A stretch of DNA of 64,000 nt from Heterodontus francisci (Eukaryota), in the NCBI RefSeq assembly GCF_036365525.1, contig NC_090400.1:28633353-28697352 (forward strand). The letters are read 5' to 3'. Within the stretch, counting starts at the first letter, position 1. Each line of letters begins with the position of its first letter. The position numbers were made by a program, and so were the translations under genes. The notes under the pieces are model-generated. The model worked only from the letters and a program-made list of their open reading frames with translations. It was not told where the DNA came from and searched no databases. Shown here piece after piece: positions 36,205 through 48,684 of the stretch.

Positions 36205-38110
36205 TTTTTAAAATTCATTCATGGGATGTGAGCGACACTGGCCAGGCCTGCATTTATTGCCCATCCCTAATTGCCCTTGAGAAGGTGGTGGTGAGCTGCC
36301 TTCTTGAACCGCTGCAGTCCATTTTGGGTAGGTACACCCACAGTGCTGTTAGAAAGGGAGTTCCAGGATTTTGACCCAGCGACAGTGAAGGAACGGTGAT
36401 ATAGTTCCAAGTCAGGATGGTGCATGACTTGGAGGGGAACTTGCAGGTGGTGGTGTTCCCATGTATTTGCTGCCCTTGTCCTTCTAGTTGGTAGAGGTCA
36501 CGGGTTTGAAAGGTGCTGTCTAAGGAGCCTTGGTGCATTGCTGCAGTGCATCTTGTAGATGGTACACACTGCTGCCACTGTGCGTTGGTGGTGGAGGGAG
36601 TGAATATTTGTAGATGGGGTGCCAATCAAGCGGGCTGCTTTGTCCTGGATGGTGTCGAGCTTCTTGAGTGTTGTTGGAGCTGCACCCATCCAGGCAAGTG
36701 GAGAGTATTCCATCACACTCCTGACTTGTGCCTTGTAGATGGTGGACAGGCTTTGGGCAGTCAGGAGGTGAGTTACTCGCCTCAGGATTCCTAACCTCTG
36801 ACCTGCTCTTGTAGCCACGGTATTTATATGGCTACTCCAGTTCAGTTTCTGGTCAATGGTAACCCCTCGGATGCTTCAGTATCTGAGGAGTCACGAATGG
36901 TGCTGAACATTGTGCAATCATCTGCGAACATCCCCACTTCTGACCTTTATGATTGAAGGAAGGTCATTGATGAAGCAGCTGAAGATGTTGGGCCTAGGAC
37001 ACTACCCTGAGGAACTCCTGCAGTGATGTCCTGGAGCTCAGATGATTGACCTCCAACAACCACAACCATCTTCCTTTGTGCTAGGTATGATTCCAGCCAG
37101 CGGAGGGTTTTCCCCCTGATTCTCATTAACCTCAGTTTTGCTAGGGCTCCTTGATGCCATACTCGGTCAAGTGCTGCCTTGATGTCAAGGGCACTCACTC
37201 TCACCTTACCTCTTGAGTTCAGTCCTTTTGTCCATGTTTGAACCAAGGCTGTAATGAGGTCAGGAGCTCAGTGGCCCTGGCGGAACCCAAACTGAGCGTC
37301 ATTGAGCAGGTTATTGCTAAGCAAGTGCTGCTTGATGGCACTGTTGATGTCACCTTCCATCACTTTACTGATGATAGAGAGTAGGCTGATGGGGCGGTAC
37401 TTGGCCGGGTTGAATTTGTCCTGCTTTTTGTGTACAGGACATACCTGGGCAATTTTCCACATTGCAAGGTAGATGCCAGTGTTGTAGCTGTACTGGAACA
37501 GCTTGGCTAGGGGCGCGGCAAATTCTGGAGCATAGGTCTTCAGTACTATTTCCGGAATATTGTCAGGGCCCATAGTTTTTGCAGTGTCCAGTGCCTTCAG
37601 TCGTTTCTTGATATCACGTGGAGTGAATCGAATTGGCTGAAGTCTGGCATTTGTGATGCTGGGGACTTCTGGAGGAGGCCGAGATGGATCATCAACTCGG
37701 CACTTCTGGCTGAAAATTGTTGCAAATGCTTCAGCCTTATCTTTCACACTGATGTGCTGGGCTCCCCCATCATTGAGGATGGGGATATTTGTGGAGCCAC
37801 CTCCTCCAGTTAGTTGTTTAATTGTCCATCACCATTCATGGCTGGATGTGGCAGGATTGCAGAGCTTAGATCTGATCCGTTGGTTATGGGATCGCTCAGC
37901 TCTGTCTATCGCATGCTGCTTACACAGTTTGGCACGCAGATAGTCCTGTGTTGTGGCTTCACCAGGTCGACACCTCATTTTGAGGTATGCCTAGTGCTGC
38001 TCCTGGCATGCCCTCTTGCACTCTTCATTGAACCAGGGTTGGTCTCCTGGCTTGATGGTAATGGTAGAGTGGGGGATATGCCGGGCCATGAGGTTACAGA
38101 TTGTGGTTGA
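36205..38110 (-). mobile_element. Family B LINE, 5'-truncated RT region with 3' end
   Basis: GPDNIP, YRPISLLS, QFGFR, ALDIKAALDRVWH, GVPQGSVLGP, YKAQVRSVMEY; tail AATTAGGGATGGGCAATAAATGC. Confidence 0.95.
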
Positions 38111-39134
38111 GTCTCCGAGTGTCTGCTTATAAGTGCTCAAGTAAGACCCCAATTAACACCCTCCACCTGCATATAATCAAACAATTGATACACAATTAAC
38201 AGATTAACAAGTAGGAGGCTTAGGTGAAGCTTAAATGCTGACATGGACTAGTTGAACTGAATGACCTGTTTCTGTACATATTCTTTGAATTCTATGTAAA
38301 TCAATGTTCATTGTGTAACTTCCTCTGCAATAATGTTCCAAATCTCAAACCTCAAAGCAACAGACCATAGTCTGATACATTCCATGCCATGCAAATAATA
38401 CAACGTTAATCTTTAGTTAAAATGCATTTGGGAAATCTTCCTATGTCTTAAGAGCTTGTTTCATGAATAAAAAGATCTTTTGAATACTTCCAAGGTCAAC
38501 TTTTCAAGGTGGGCAGGATAGAGGAGCCCATCTTGAATGCCACCATCATGAATAATTTTCTTGATTCCATTAGTCTGAATCTGGTGCTTCTGTAGCTTGT
38601 GTGAAATGTCAGGGCAGATTTTCAAGTGATTGCTTCCTAGCTTTGGGCCAGTTTTCTACCTTGCTGTCTCATGGATTTGCAGTTTTTCTTGAAACCTGAG
38701 CATTTTGCAGATGATTGCACATGGTGTTGTTTGAATAGTTTCCATCTTTGGAGATTCTGGTAATCACAGAATTCTATATTCTGAAGGTAGACTATTGTAC
38801 CATTTTCCTCTGCTCACTCTAGTAGATCTCTAGATTGTTCATCTTGGAGCAATTTTCCAAATCATCTAGTTTATTGTTAGTTGTTACCATTTTCCTTTCC
38901 AGCACATCAATGTCCTTCAAGGCAGCTAGTAATCAGCCTTCGGACCCAGTCTTCCAACTCTACACTGCTGGGTCTATTTTCAGTTGATTGCTGTTGAAGG
39001 CAGGCCATTTCTCGCTTTACCTCATTTGTAATTTGATTTATGCACTGTAAGGCAGTTTGCCAGTTATTTCAGAATCACCACCAAGCCTAAAGGTTTCAGT
39101 TGAGCCAATACTGTTAGCAGGTTTTAAAAAATTA

Positions 39135-41055
39135 ATTTCGAGGATGTGGGCGTCACCGGCAACATTTATTGCCCATCCCTAATTATGCTTAAGAAGGTGT
39201 TGGCGAGCCACCTTTTTGATCTACTGCAGTCTGTGTGGTGCAGGTACTCCCACAGTGTTGTTAGGCAGGGAGTTCCAGGATTTTGATCCAGTGACAGTGA
39301 AGGAATGGCGATATATTTCCAAGTCAAGATGCTGTGTGACTTGGAAGGTAACTTGTAGGTGGTGGTGTTTCCATGTGCCTGCTGCCCTTGACTTTCTAGT
39401 CGGTAGAGGTCGCGAGTTTAGGAGGTACTGTCGAAGAAGTCTCGGTGAGTTGCTGCAGTGCATCTTGTAGGTGGTAATCAGCAGGAGGTTTCCTTGCCCA
39501 TATTTTGACCTGATTCCATGAGACTTCATGGGTCCGGAGTCGATGTTGAGGATTCCCAGGCCACTGCCTCCTGACTGTATGCCACTGTGTTGCCACCTTT
39601 GGTGGGTCTATCCTATTAGTGGGATGGGCCATACCCATGGATGGCGATGGAGGAGTCTTTGATGTTGGCTGAAAGGTATGATTCTGTGAGAATAACTATG
39701 TCAGGCTGTTGCTTGATTAGTTTGTGGGACAGTCTCTAGATGTTAGTTCGGAGGATTCTGCCAGGTCGACTGGGCTTGGTGTGCCTTTGTCATGTCTGAA
39801 TCTGATGCCTAGGTCAATACCGGGTGGTTTGGTTCTATTGTTATCATAGCTTATTCTTATTTTTATTCTTATCCTCCTTGGACTCCTCAGCTGTCTCTGA
39901 TTAGTCACACTGCCTGTCAGATATCCAATATTGGATGGCCAGAACTTTCCTACAACTATATTGGGAAGACTAAAGCCATTGTATTTGGTCCCCACCACAC
40001 ACTCTGCCCACTGTTTCCCTCACTGGTGACTGTCTTAAGCTGAGCAGAATCATTCGCAACCTCAATATTGTATTAAATCTCGAGTTGAGTTTTCTGACCA
40101 CACTTCCAGACCATCACCAAGACTGCCTACTTCTGCCTGTATAACATCATTCAACTCTCACCTTTCCTCAGCTTATTAACTGTTGAAACCCTCATTTATG
40201 CCTTTGTTACCTCTAGACTTGACTATTCGAATGCTCTCCTGAGCACCCTACATAAACTTAGGCTCATTTCAAACTCTACTGCCCATATCTTAACTTGGTC
40301 CAAATCTCATTCACCCATCACTCCTTTGCTCACTGACCTTCACTGGTACCCCATCCGACAATGCCTTAATTTTAAAATCCTCATTCTTATTTTCAAATCC
40401 CTCCATGGCCTTGCCCTTCCCTATCTGTGTGGCCTCCTCCAGCTCTACAACCCTCTGAGATCTCTGAGTTCCTTCAATTCTGGCCTCTTTCACATCCCTG
40501 ATTTTAATCACATCACCATTTGGCAGCTTGCTTTCGCCTGTCTTGACCCTAAGCTCTGGAATTCCCTCTCTAACCCTCGCTGCCTCTTTTTCCTCTTTTA
40601 AGATCAGTTATTCCTGATTTCACTTTCTTTGGCTTGGTTTCCAAAGATTTTTTTTTTTACTGATATTCCTGTTAAGTTCTTTGAGATGTTTTACTATGTT
40701 AAATGCACTATATGAATGTACGTTGTTTTTGATACAACTAGGTGGCTTCTTTAGCCATTTCAGAGGGCAGTTAAGAGTCAGCCACATTGGCTGTGGGTCT
40801 GAAGACACCTACAAGCCAGACTGGGTAGGAGAGCAGATTTCCTTCCCGAGAGGACAATAGTGAACCAGATGGGTTTTTACAACAATCTGGTAGTTTTATG
40901 GTCACCATTACTGATTCCAGCATTTTGTTCAATTTATTGATTGAATTTAAAATCCCCAACTGCCACGGTAGGATTTGAACTTACATCTCTAGATCATTAG
41001 CATAGACCTCTGGATTACTAGTCCAGTAACATAACCACTGTGCTACTGAATCGCC
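39135..41055 (-). mobile_element. Family B LINE internal-deletion derivative (tRNA-like head, endonuclease N-terminus, 3' tail), interrupted by L2
   Basis: Head 40730-41055 is homologous to 13510-13840; endonuclease 39470-39770; fused at 39467-39476 to the 3' tail. Confidence 0.85.
39885..40728 (+). mobile_element. L2 LINE 3' fragment, nested
   Basis: IYAFVTSRLDYSNALL, ITPLLTDLHWYP..FKILILIFKSLHGLA; L2 tail ending GTTGTT. Confidence 0.9.
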
Positions 41056-41228
41056 ATTACAGTGATTAAGTCCTGTAGGTTATCAGACCTGATACTTTTC
41101 CATTATATTTCTGATTGGTTTTGCTCCAGTTCTGAAGTTATCGGAGGCATTCGTAAACAGTATTCAACCACCTGCGTGATGTTTTCCCCCTGGCATGGAT
41201 GCAAGCCACTCGTGCCCTGTGACTCACT

Positions 41229-41887
41229 GGGCAGGATTTAGTGGAGCTGGTGGGCTCCTAGTGCCGGGCCGAAAAGTGATGGGAACCCCGCCTCGACCTT
41301 TCGGAGCCCATTCCCCCAGCTCTATTTAACAGAGTCAGGTCAATGAACAGCTTGGCACCGGGATCCCCGTCCCTTTAATGATGGGGATCCTGCCTCGAAG
41401 AGCTGTCGGCCAATCAGAGGGCTACTCTCGGTACTACAGGAGGCCTTGGAACCAGGCCCAGTGCTGGAGACTTGCACCCAAGGTAAGTGAGGCAGAGTCG
41501 CCAGGGCTAGTCCAGCAGCCCCGGCGACGGGGGGAAGGAGTTTGGGTGTTGAGTGTAGCAGGAGTGAGCGGGGGGGTGGTGTTGGTCATGGAGGTGGGTG
41601 GTTTTCCGTTGGGAGCCCTCCCACATATGGCCCATGGAGGAGGGCTGCCCCCCTCAAGCCCGCAGGAAGGTTGCCTCATTTTACTGAGTCAACTCCCCAC
41701 ATGATGGAGGCCCACCCCAGCCCGCAACCGTGATGGTGGGAGGAGGTCCATGAGTGGCTGATAATAGGCCTCTTCAGGGCCTCAATTGGCTTCTGGATGT
41801 GAAAGCCGTCCTCGGCCTATCCCACCTCCAACTAAGTTCTGGCGCGACGGGAAGGTGTGGGTTAATTGCGCATTGCAATCCCTGCCC
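41229..41887. mobile_element. Probable Harbinger-type MITE (GC-rich)
   Basis: GGGCAGGATT ... AATCCCTGCCC inverted ends; internal GGGATCCCCGTC/GATGGGGATCC hairpin; TSD not recovered. Confidence 0.5.
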
Positions 41888-43811
41888 TCCTTTTCTGGCC
41901 TTATCCAATATTTTCCTCATAAGCTTTATAAATAGGAGTAGAGAGAACAAAAGTAAAGAGTTTAACCGGCAGTTAGAATATAGTGTCCAGTTTGACCACT
42001 TTACTTTAAAAAGGATGTCATGGAAAGAGTGTAGAAGAGATTAGACAATACCAGGAATTAAAGACTTTTGTTATGAGGAGAGACTTGAGAAACTGGGGCT
42101 CTTCTCAATAGAAGGCTAAGAGGAGAATTTATAGAGTACTTAATATTATGAGGGGCCTTGTGAAGTAAATTGAAACTGTAACAAGATGACAATTAATGTG
42201 AAGATCAGCACCAGAAAAATGAAGGGGATTTATAGGAGCTTGCTTTATGCAGAGGGTTTTTAGGACATGGAAATGGTCTTCCAGAAACAGTGGTGTAGTA
42301 CAAGAGTTTAAAAGGTCAATGTTTGAGAGAGTGTGAGGAATATCTCACACCTGATGATGGGAGGATAACATGTGAGAGAGACTCTAAGGAGAAGCAGCAA
42401 GGTTTCAGAGAAGTCATACAGACTTATGCAAAGCTGTATATAGTTAAAATGTAATAAATGAGTTAATAAAATTACAGAAGACTTGATCATCTCTACTAGC
42501 TAGACTAACCAAATATACAAAATGGTGGCAGACTAACCAAACATACAACATCGTGAACAGCGGTAGTTCTTACCATACAACACCCAGAAGAATTTGAAGA
42601 AAAATATTTTGAAGAAAGTTGACCTGGAAAAAAGGCACAAAAACTGCAGAACTTGAGAAGAGGCTGTGAAAAAGCTCCAGAGCTGCTCCGCGAATGAAGG
42701 AGGCACGGAGAGTCGGGGGATCGGCTTGTAGAGGCTTTCAGAGGTGGGTGGTCTGTGGAAAAAATACCAGGCTTTGATTCAGAGAACCAAGCAATGGTCA
42801 GAGATCTGGTGAGCAACTTGCAAAGAGGTAAAAATTGGTTCCTAATGTCACTAGGCAGGCAGCATTGGGAAAACCAAATGTCCTTAACAAGGATGGATCC
42901 GAGGTTGTGCCATTACAGGTGGCAACCGCGAGGCAGAAAAAAACCAGAGGCAGAAAATACTCAATACTCCAAGTGAAGGGAGATAAAGAGTATAGAAAAA
43001 TACTGCAAAACCGTGTTGAAAGAAAGAAAGAAATAAATACAGTCTAGTGGCGTGATTTTGCAGGGAGAAACAGTAACTACAGCAGGAGTCAGCATGAGGC
43101 AGAAAAGCGCAGAAAAACATCTGATACAGGAGGGAAAATTTAAAAAAAAGGTAAACTACATAGAAAGCCATGGATCTTAAATTAACAATACCAGAGAACA
43201 ATACATGGAAGGACCAAATCAAACTCAAAATTGGTCATTGGCAAAAAGATTTTTGAGGTACAGAATTGCTTCAAAATTAAACAGCCAGTCTGAAGCAGAA
43301 CGAGTTAATAAATTGTCTGCTCTTGCTCCAATGGAATAAAGCAATGTTATTGCAAGACAAGGCATTAATGAGAGATCAGACAAATTTTAAAAGCCTTTGA
43401 TAACTATTTTAACTTGAGGAGCAATACGATTCGAGAAAGGGCCAAATTTAACAAAAGGGTCCAGAAACCAGGTGAAACAGTTGATGCTTTTATTAATGAC
43501 CTTTACAGACTAACTGAAGAATGTGAATATGGAGACCTAAAAGCAGAATTACTAAGAGACTGCATTGTAGTAGGTATTGCTGATGAATTCATATCAGATT
43601 TATTGCCATCTAAGGAAGACCTCACCCTGGACAAAGCATTTCAGCTGGTGAAATAAGCAGAGGTCCAGAAGAACAGAGCAATCCTGAGAGGTGAAGAAAA
43701 ACTTGGTTCAGGAAACCTCCAGCCACTGTTCAGTTCCATAAGCACAGGGCTGTAAAAGAAGCACCAGAAAAGAAGGCACCCTGGCAAAGGTTAGAAGTGT
43801 GAAGCTTAGAA

Positions 43812-44517
43812 AGGTTAGAACAAAAGGGAAGGTGTGTGATCGGGCAGAGAGCAGGAGAGATTAAATGACAAAGATGTCATGAGACAAAGGCAAAGAGAGT
43901 GCTAATGGTTTTGTGAAAGGTAAAGCAGTAACCCAGAGAGAGTGTTAATGGCAGAATAATGAACAGCTCTGCCCAAAAGTACAAACATGAAAAACCAAGT
44001 TTAAGGCAGACACATGGTTAAAAAACAATGAAATAAAATAAAAAAGGCCAGTCAAGCTCTGAAATTGTTGAACTCAATGAGTCCGGAAGGCTGTACAGTG
44101 TCTAATCAGAAGATGAGCTGCTGTTCCTCGAGCTTGCGTTGATGTTCACTGGAACATTACAGCAGGCCAACGACAGAAATGTGGGCATGTGAGCGGGGTG
44201 GGGGGGAGCGGGGGGTGTTTAAATGGCAAGCATTCTCGAGGTCATGCTTGCAGACTGAGCAGAGGTGTTCTGCAAAGCGGTGACCCAATCTGCGTTTGGT
44301 CTCCCCAATGTAGAGGCGACATTATGAGTAGCAAATACAGTATACTGAACTGGAAGAAGTACAAGTAAATCGCTGCTTCACCTGAAATAAGTGTTTGGGG
44401 CCTTGAATGGTGAGGAGAGAGGAGGTCAAAGGGCAGGTATTACACCACCTGCGATTGCATGGGAAGGGGACGAGGTGTCGGGGGGTAATGGAGGAGTGGA
44501 CCAGGGTGTCGCTGACC
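43812..44517 (-). mobile_element. Penelope fragment (GIY-YIG and 3' region) nested in the Gypsy
   Basis: DTLVHSSITP..FPCNRRWCNTCP..FQVKQRFTCTSSSSVYCI is homologous to 33475-33950. Confidence 0.9.
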
Positions 44518-45857
44518 GTTGCCTTACTTGATGAAAAGGAACTGGCTAGTATGCCTTCGAGAATGCAGAGATTCCTGTTGAGGCTAATGAGATTCACGTA
44601 CGAAACAGTATACGTACAGGGCAAGCACCAAACGACAGCAGATGCATTGTCCAGAGCTATCGTTGACCATCTTATACAACAGGATGTTAACTTTATTAAT
44701 GAATTTGAGTCATATTCTTAGTTCACTGCATCACAATGGCTGGCAAGTTCAAAAAAGCTCCAAGAAATTTGTCATGCTCAGATGCAAGATGAGGAATGCT
44801 TTTATATCCGCCAATATTGCATGCAAGGTTGGCCGCAGCAGTGTCCCAGTGGTCAGGTGATGAAAATCTTCCTCGAACACAGAAGACACTTCAATAGTGT
44901 GGATCATTTGCTGGTATATGACAAGACACTGGTGATTCCAGACACACTGCGGGCAGAATCTCGGAGAAAATACACCAGGGCCACATGGGGATCACGAAAT
45001 GCAGAGCTTGGACTCAGTTGTCCGTGTGGTGGCCGGGAATATCGAGAGATAGAGCAGAAATGATTTCTAATTACCAGGTAAGCACAGTGCACAGGCAGGA
45101 TCAGAGAAAATCCCTTATTTCAACCAAATTTCCAACCAGACCGTGGGAGCGTATGGGGATGGATCTATTCATGATTAATGGAAAATCCTACCTGATTATC
45201 ATCGACTATTTTTCAAGGTGGATTAAAGTTAAACGTTTGCACACAACAACTACTGAGATAGTCATTCGAGCTTTATCGGAGATCTTTGCGACACATGGTA
45301 TTCCTGACAAGAGATTTTCCTATAATGGACCACAATTTGCAAACAACTACGCACTTCGCAGAAAACTATAGATTTGTACATCTTGCAAGTTCCCCTAGAT
45401 ATTCTCAGTCAATGGTGAAGCTGAAAGAGTCAGAACTGTCAAAGCACTGTTAAAGAAAAATGAAGATTTTCAAACAGCACTCCTATAAGTGTAGATCTAC
45501 TCCATTGCTATGTGGATTAGCACCATCAGAACTGTTGATGGAAAGGAAGCTTCGAACACAACTTCCCATTCTACCCAAAAAATTACTTGCAGGACTAGAA
45601 GTCTAGGATTATCAGAGAGTTCAAGACAGAAAAGTCTTACCAAAAGCAACAAGCTTATAATAGGAAATACCATACCTAGAACCTACCAAAGTTAATAGGA
45701 GAAAAGGTATGGGTATGACACCAAGGCAGAGAAGGAGTTATCGTCCAGACAGATGAGAATCAATATAGATCTTATAGTACCTGCTGAAGTTTGTACTAAA
45801 TAAGAAGAAACAGGAGAAGTCTTATTTCTAATGATTAAAGACATCAATCAGTCATAC

Positions 45858-46877
45858 TGTTACGACCGAGATGGGAGGAGTGCACTGTTTATTCTAGGTC
45901 CACTTCACAGGTCACAACATATATTTAAATTTTTTCCCACTTACAGATATGGTCAATCATAGACTCTGTTTTATTCCAGAATGAAACACACCAACAAATA
46001 AACAACAAAATTATAAGTTTATTATAAAATAAGTCTTAACCAGTAATGAAGTAAAGCATAAACACATAGATTGAAATATTAAAGTTCCCTTTTTACCTTA
46101 GCCCGTCACACACTCTGTCACCACACACATACATATATACCGGTTAACCGGAAAAATAAAGGGATTTGCGTTTTAGAGCTCTATTACAAAAAAAAAACAG
46201 ACAAAAGAACACTTGGTTTAAATACTTGCTCATTCTTGAAGAGGAAAGAGAAGATATGGAAAGATGGCCTTTGTTTTGGTTTGACGCCTCAAATGCGTAT
46301 AGACGGCTGTCACTGGGATCTTCCTAGAACAGTTCTTTTCAGGCGACGTTGAAGATCAGTTTGGGTAGCTTTCCAGGAATTGCCGCAACAGAGGTTTCAG
46401 AAACTGGCCTTACAGGAGGAATGCAGCCACAATTTCAGTCTGCTTCTTACACTTGCTTTTAAGCTGCTCGAGAGGTGGAAAACAGGCAGGCTTTTTCCAA
46501 ACTGTTGGAACAGACTGAGTTGGGGTGGTTTGTTCTTCTTGGAATGTTTTCTCCAGCTGTCTTTTCAAATCATTGTCCATATCCTAACTCACTGTCGAAA
46601 GCAAAACCATAAACAATGTCATGAGACAAGCCTCCTGACCTCTATAAATCTTGACCTGTCACTTCTCTGTAAACAAGTCAAAAACAACCCCTGTTGAGTA
46701 ATTATTTGAAAACAGGTGCCTTGCAGTAACTATTTGTTTTCAAAGCCAGACCCCTCAGTGACCCTGGTAAAAAAAATCCTTGGAGTTTTTTCAGCTTTCC
46801 CAAAATAAACCAATGTCCGGTTCTAAAATACATGAGTCCTCAAAAAAAATCTTAAAAATATAGAAGCACTCGTAGCA
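45858..46877 (-). mobile_element. Solo LTR (1020 bp) nested in the Gypsy 3' region
   Basis: Termini TGTTACGA...TCGTAGCA; flanks ATAC/ATGC (4-bp TSD, one mismatch); strand inferred from TTTATT. Confidence 0.75.
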
Positions 46878-47550
46878 ATGCATTTGGACAAACTAGATGC
46901 TGAACCTGAAATTCAGAAAGCACCAGATACTACAAACCTCAGTGAAGGCCATCCAATACAAGAAACAAGAATTCAGAGGAAAACTACCAATCTTCAGTGT
47001 CTAACAACAACATGATCAGTGAGAGTTATGAAGCCTCCTGACAGATTAAATCTGTGATGTCAGAAACGTGTAGGGAGATGGGATAGTAAAAATAAAAAAT
47101 GGATGTGTAAATATATATATGAAAAAAAATGAGGTGTAAGGGTTTGAAAGGGTTAATGCTTGAGAAAGTGTGAGGAATACCTCCCACCATGATGATGTAA
47201 GAGATCACATGTGAGAGAGACTCTATGGAGAAGCAACGTGGCTTCAGAGAAGTCATACAGGCTTATGTAAAGCTGTATATAGTTCATATGTAATAAATGA
47301 GTTAGTGGTAAAATTACAGAAGACTTGGTAATCTCTCCTAGCTAGCCTAACCAAATATACAAAATGGTGGCAGATTACCCAAAAATATAACAAGAAGAGC
47401 AAGCAAAATCTATTTAAAAGAGAGTGAAAAAGAAAAATTTGAAAGGGCATGGGGGAAAGGCAGGGGATTGGAGCTAAGTGGAAAATTCTTTCAGAACTGA
47501 CACGAGTGTGATGGGGCCAATGCCTGCCTCCTGTGCTATAAAAATTCTAT

Positions 47551-48250
47551 AGTCCCAATTTTAACTCCGTTTGCATTCGAGGTGGGCAGGTTGCGGGGTG
47601 GGAGGGAAATTCCCACTGACGTCTTGGCGTGAAGCCTGGGCCATTTTAACTCTGACCTCATTTATATCTCTTTACACTGTCTCCCACCTGAAGCCGATGT
47701 GAATGATAGAAGACTTAGCGACGGAGTGAGAAGTCTGATGGGAGGTCAGCACTACCAGGGACCTAATGGATTGGTACCCAGATAGGTTAGTGAGTAGGGA
47801 GGGGGGTGGCTCTGGGCAGGTTGCGGAGGTCAGTGGGGGTCGGGCTTGCGCAAGGGAAAAGCCCAAGGGAGAGGAAACCCACAATCTCCTTGTTGGAGCA
47901 CTCGTGCCCTTCCTAGGGCACAAGCAACTTAAAGAAAATGTAAATGAAAGAGAAAGCTGGGCCTCTTCTGGCCATATGTTGATTGCTGCCACCTTTTGCT
48001 GACAGGTTCGGCACCGCTTGAGGCTCCCATTGCGGGATTAAATTCATGTTGTGGCACTATTGATGTCAACAAGACATGATTTTCCCATTTTAATTAGGCC
48101 CTACTGCCTGGAGCAGGCAGCCTTTGTGGTGCCCGAATCCTGGCAATTAAAACAGCGTGGGTTAGGAACATGGTGCAACTATGAACACCCCTACCCCTTG
48201 CAACCTCGGTCATTTAAAAACCCGCAGGAGGGCTGGGTTATAATTAGGGT
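47551..48250. mobile_element. Probable Harbinger-type MITE, decayed
   Basis: CCCAATTTTAACTC ... GGGTTATAATTAGGG degenerate inverted ends; GC-rich interior. Confidence 0.45.
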
Positions 48251-48684
48251 TTATGATTCTCGGAAGATGGTTAAAGGACTGAAAAGATAGTGTTAATAGT
48301 AATGTTCTTTTGACTGAAGGTACATAAACATATTTGCCCTGCGGTCAGTGTTGTAACCATTACTCTGCTCAATTTGTGTATAAGATCTGGACTTGTACAA
48401 TGTTGAAATGTACAGATGAGAGAAAAAGAGGAAACGTGGTTATATTTATAATAGAAGTTTAACCTATCTGCTCGATGGGAAAAACAATGAAAGGCCTAGG
48501 TCTATAAATTGAACGGTGCTTTGTAAATAAGTTTTATATTTGCAGCTCTTTCCTTTCTCATATTTTTCACTAACCATGCATGTTAATTAATTTACTTGTC
48601 TTTCTGAGAGGTTTTCAATCAATTTTATGGATTCTGTTCTTGGAAAAGGCTGTTCTACTTGTCCAGATGATATGTGACTGATAA

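Larger units (their letters stand above)
42299..47392 (+). mobile_element. Gypsy LTR retrotransposon with both LTRs, decayed; protease and RT missing
   Basis: LTRs about 42299-42550 and 47135-47392. Gag ERAKFNKRVQKPGETVDAFINDL (43414-43656). RNase H end RMQRFLLRL..ADALSR. Integrase HMGITKC, PWERMGMDLF, DYFSRW, FATHGIP. Confidence 0.92.
41900..47550 (+). mobile_element. Old CR1 3' fragment (41900-42298 and 47393-47550) split by the Gypsy element
   Basis: TTATGAGGAGAGACTTGAGAAACTGGGGC...CCAGAAACAGTGGTG, resuming with GGGGGAAAGGCAGGGG...CCTGTGCTATA. Confidence 0.7.
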
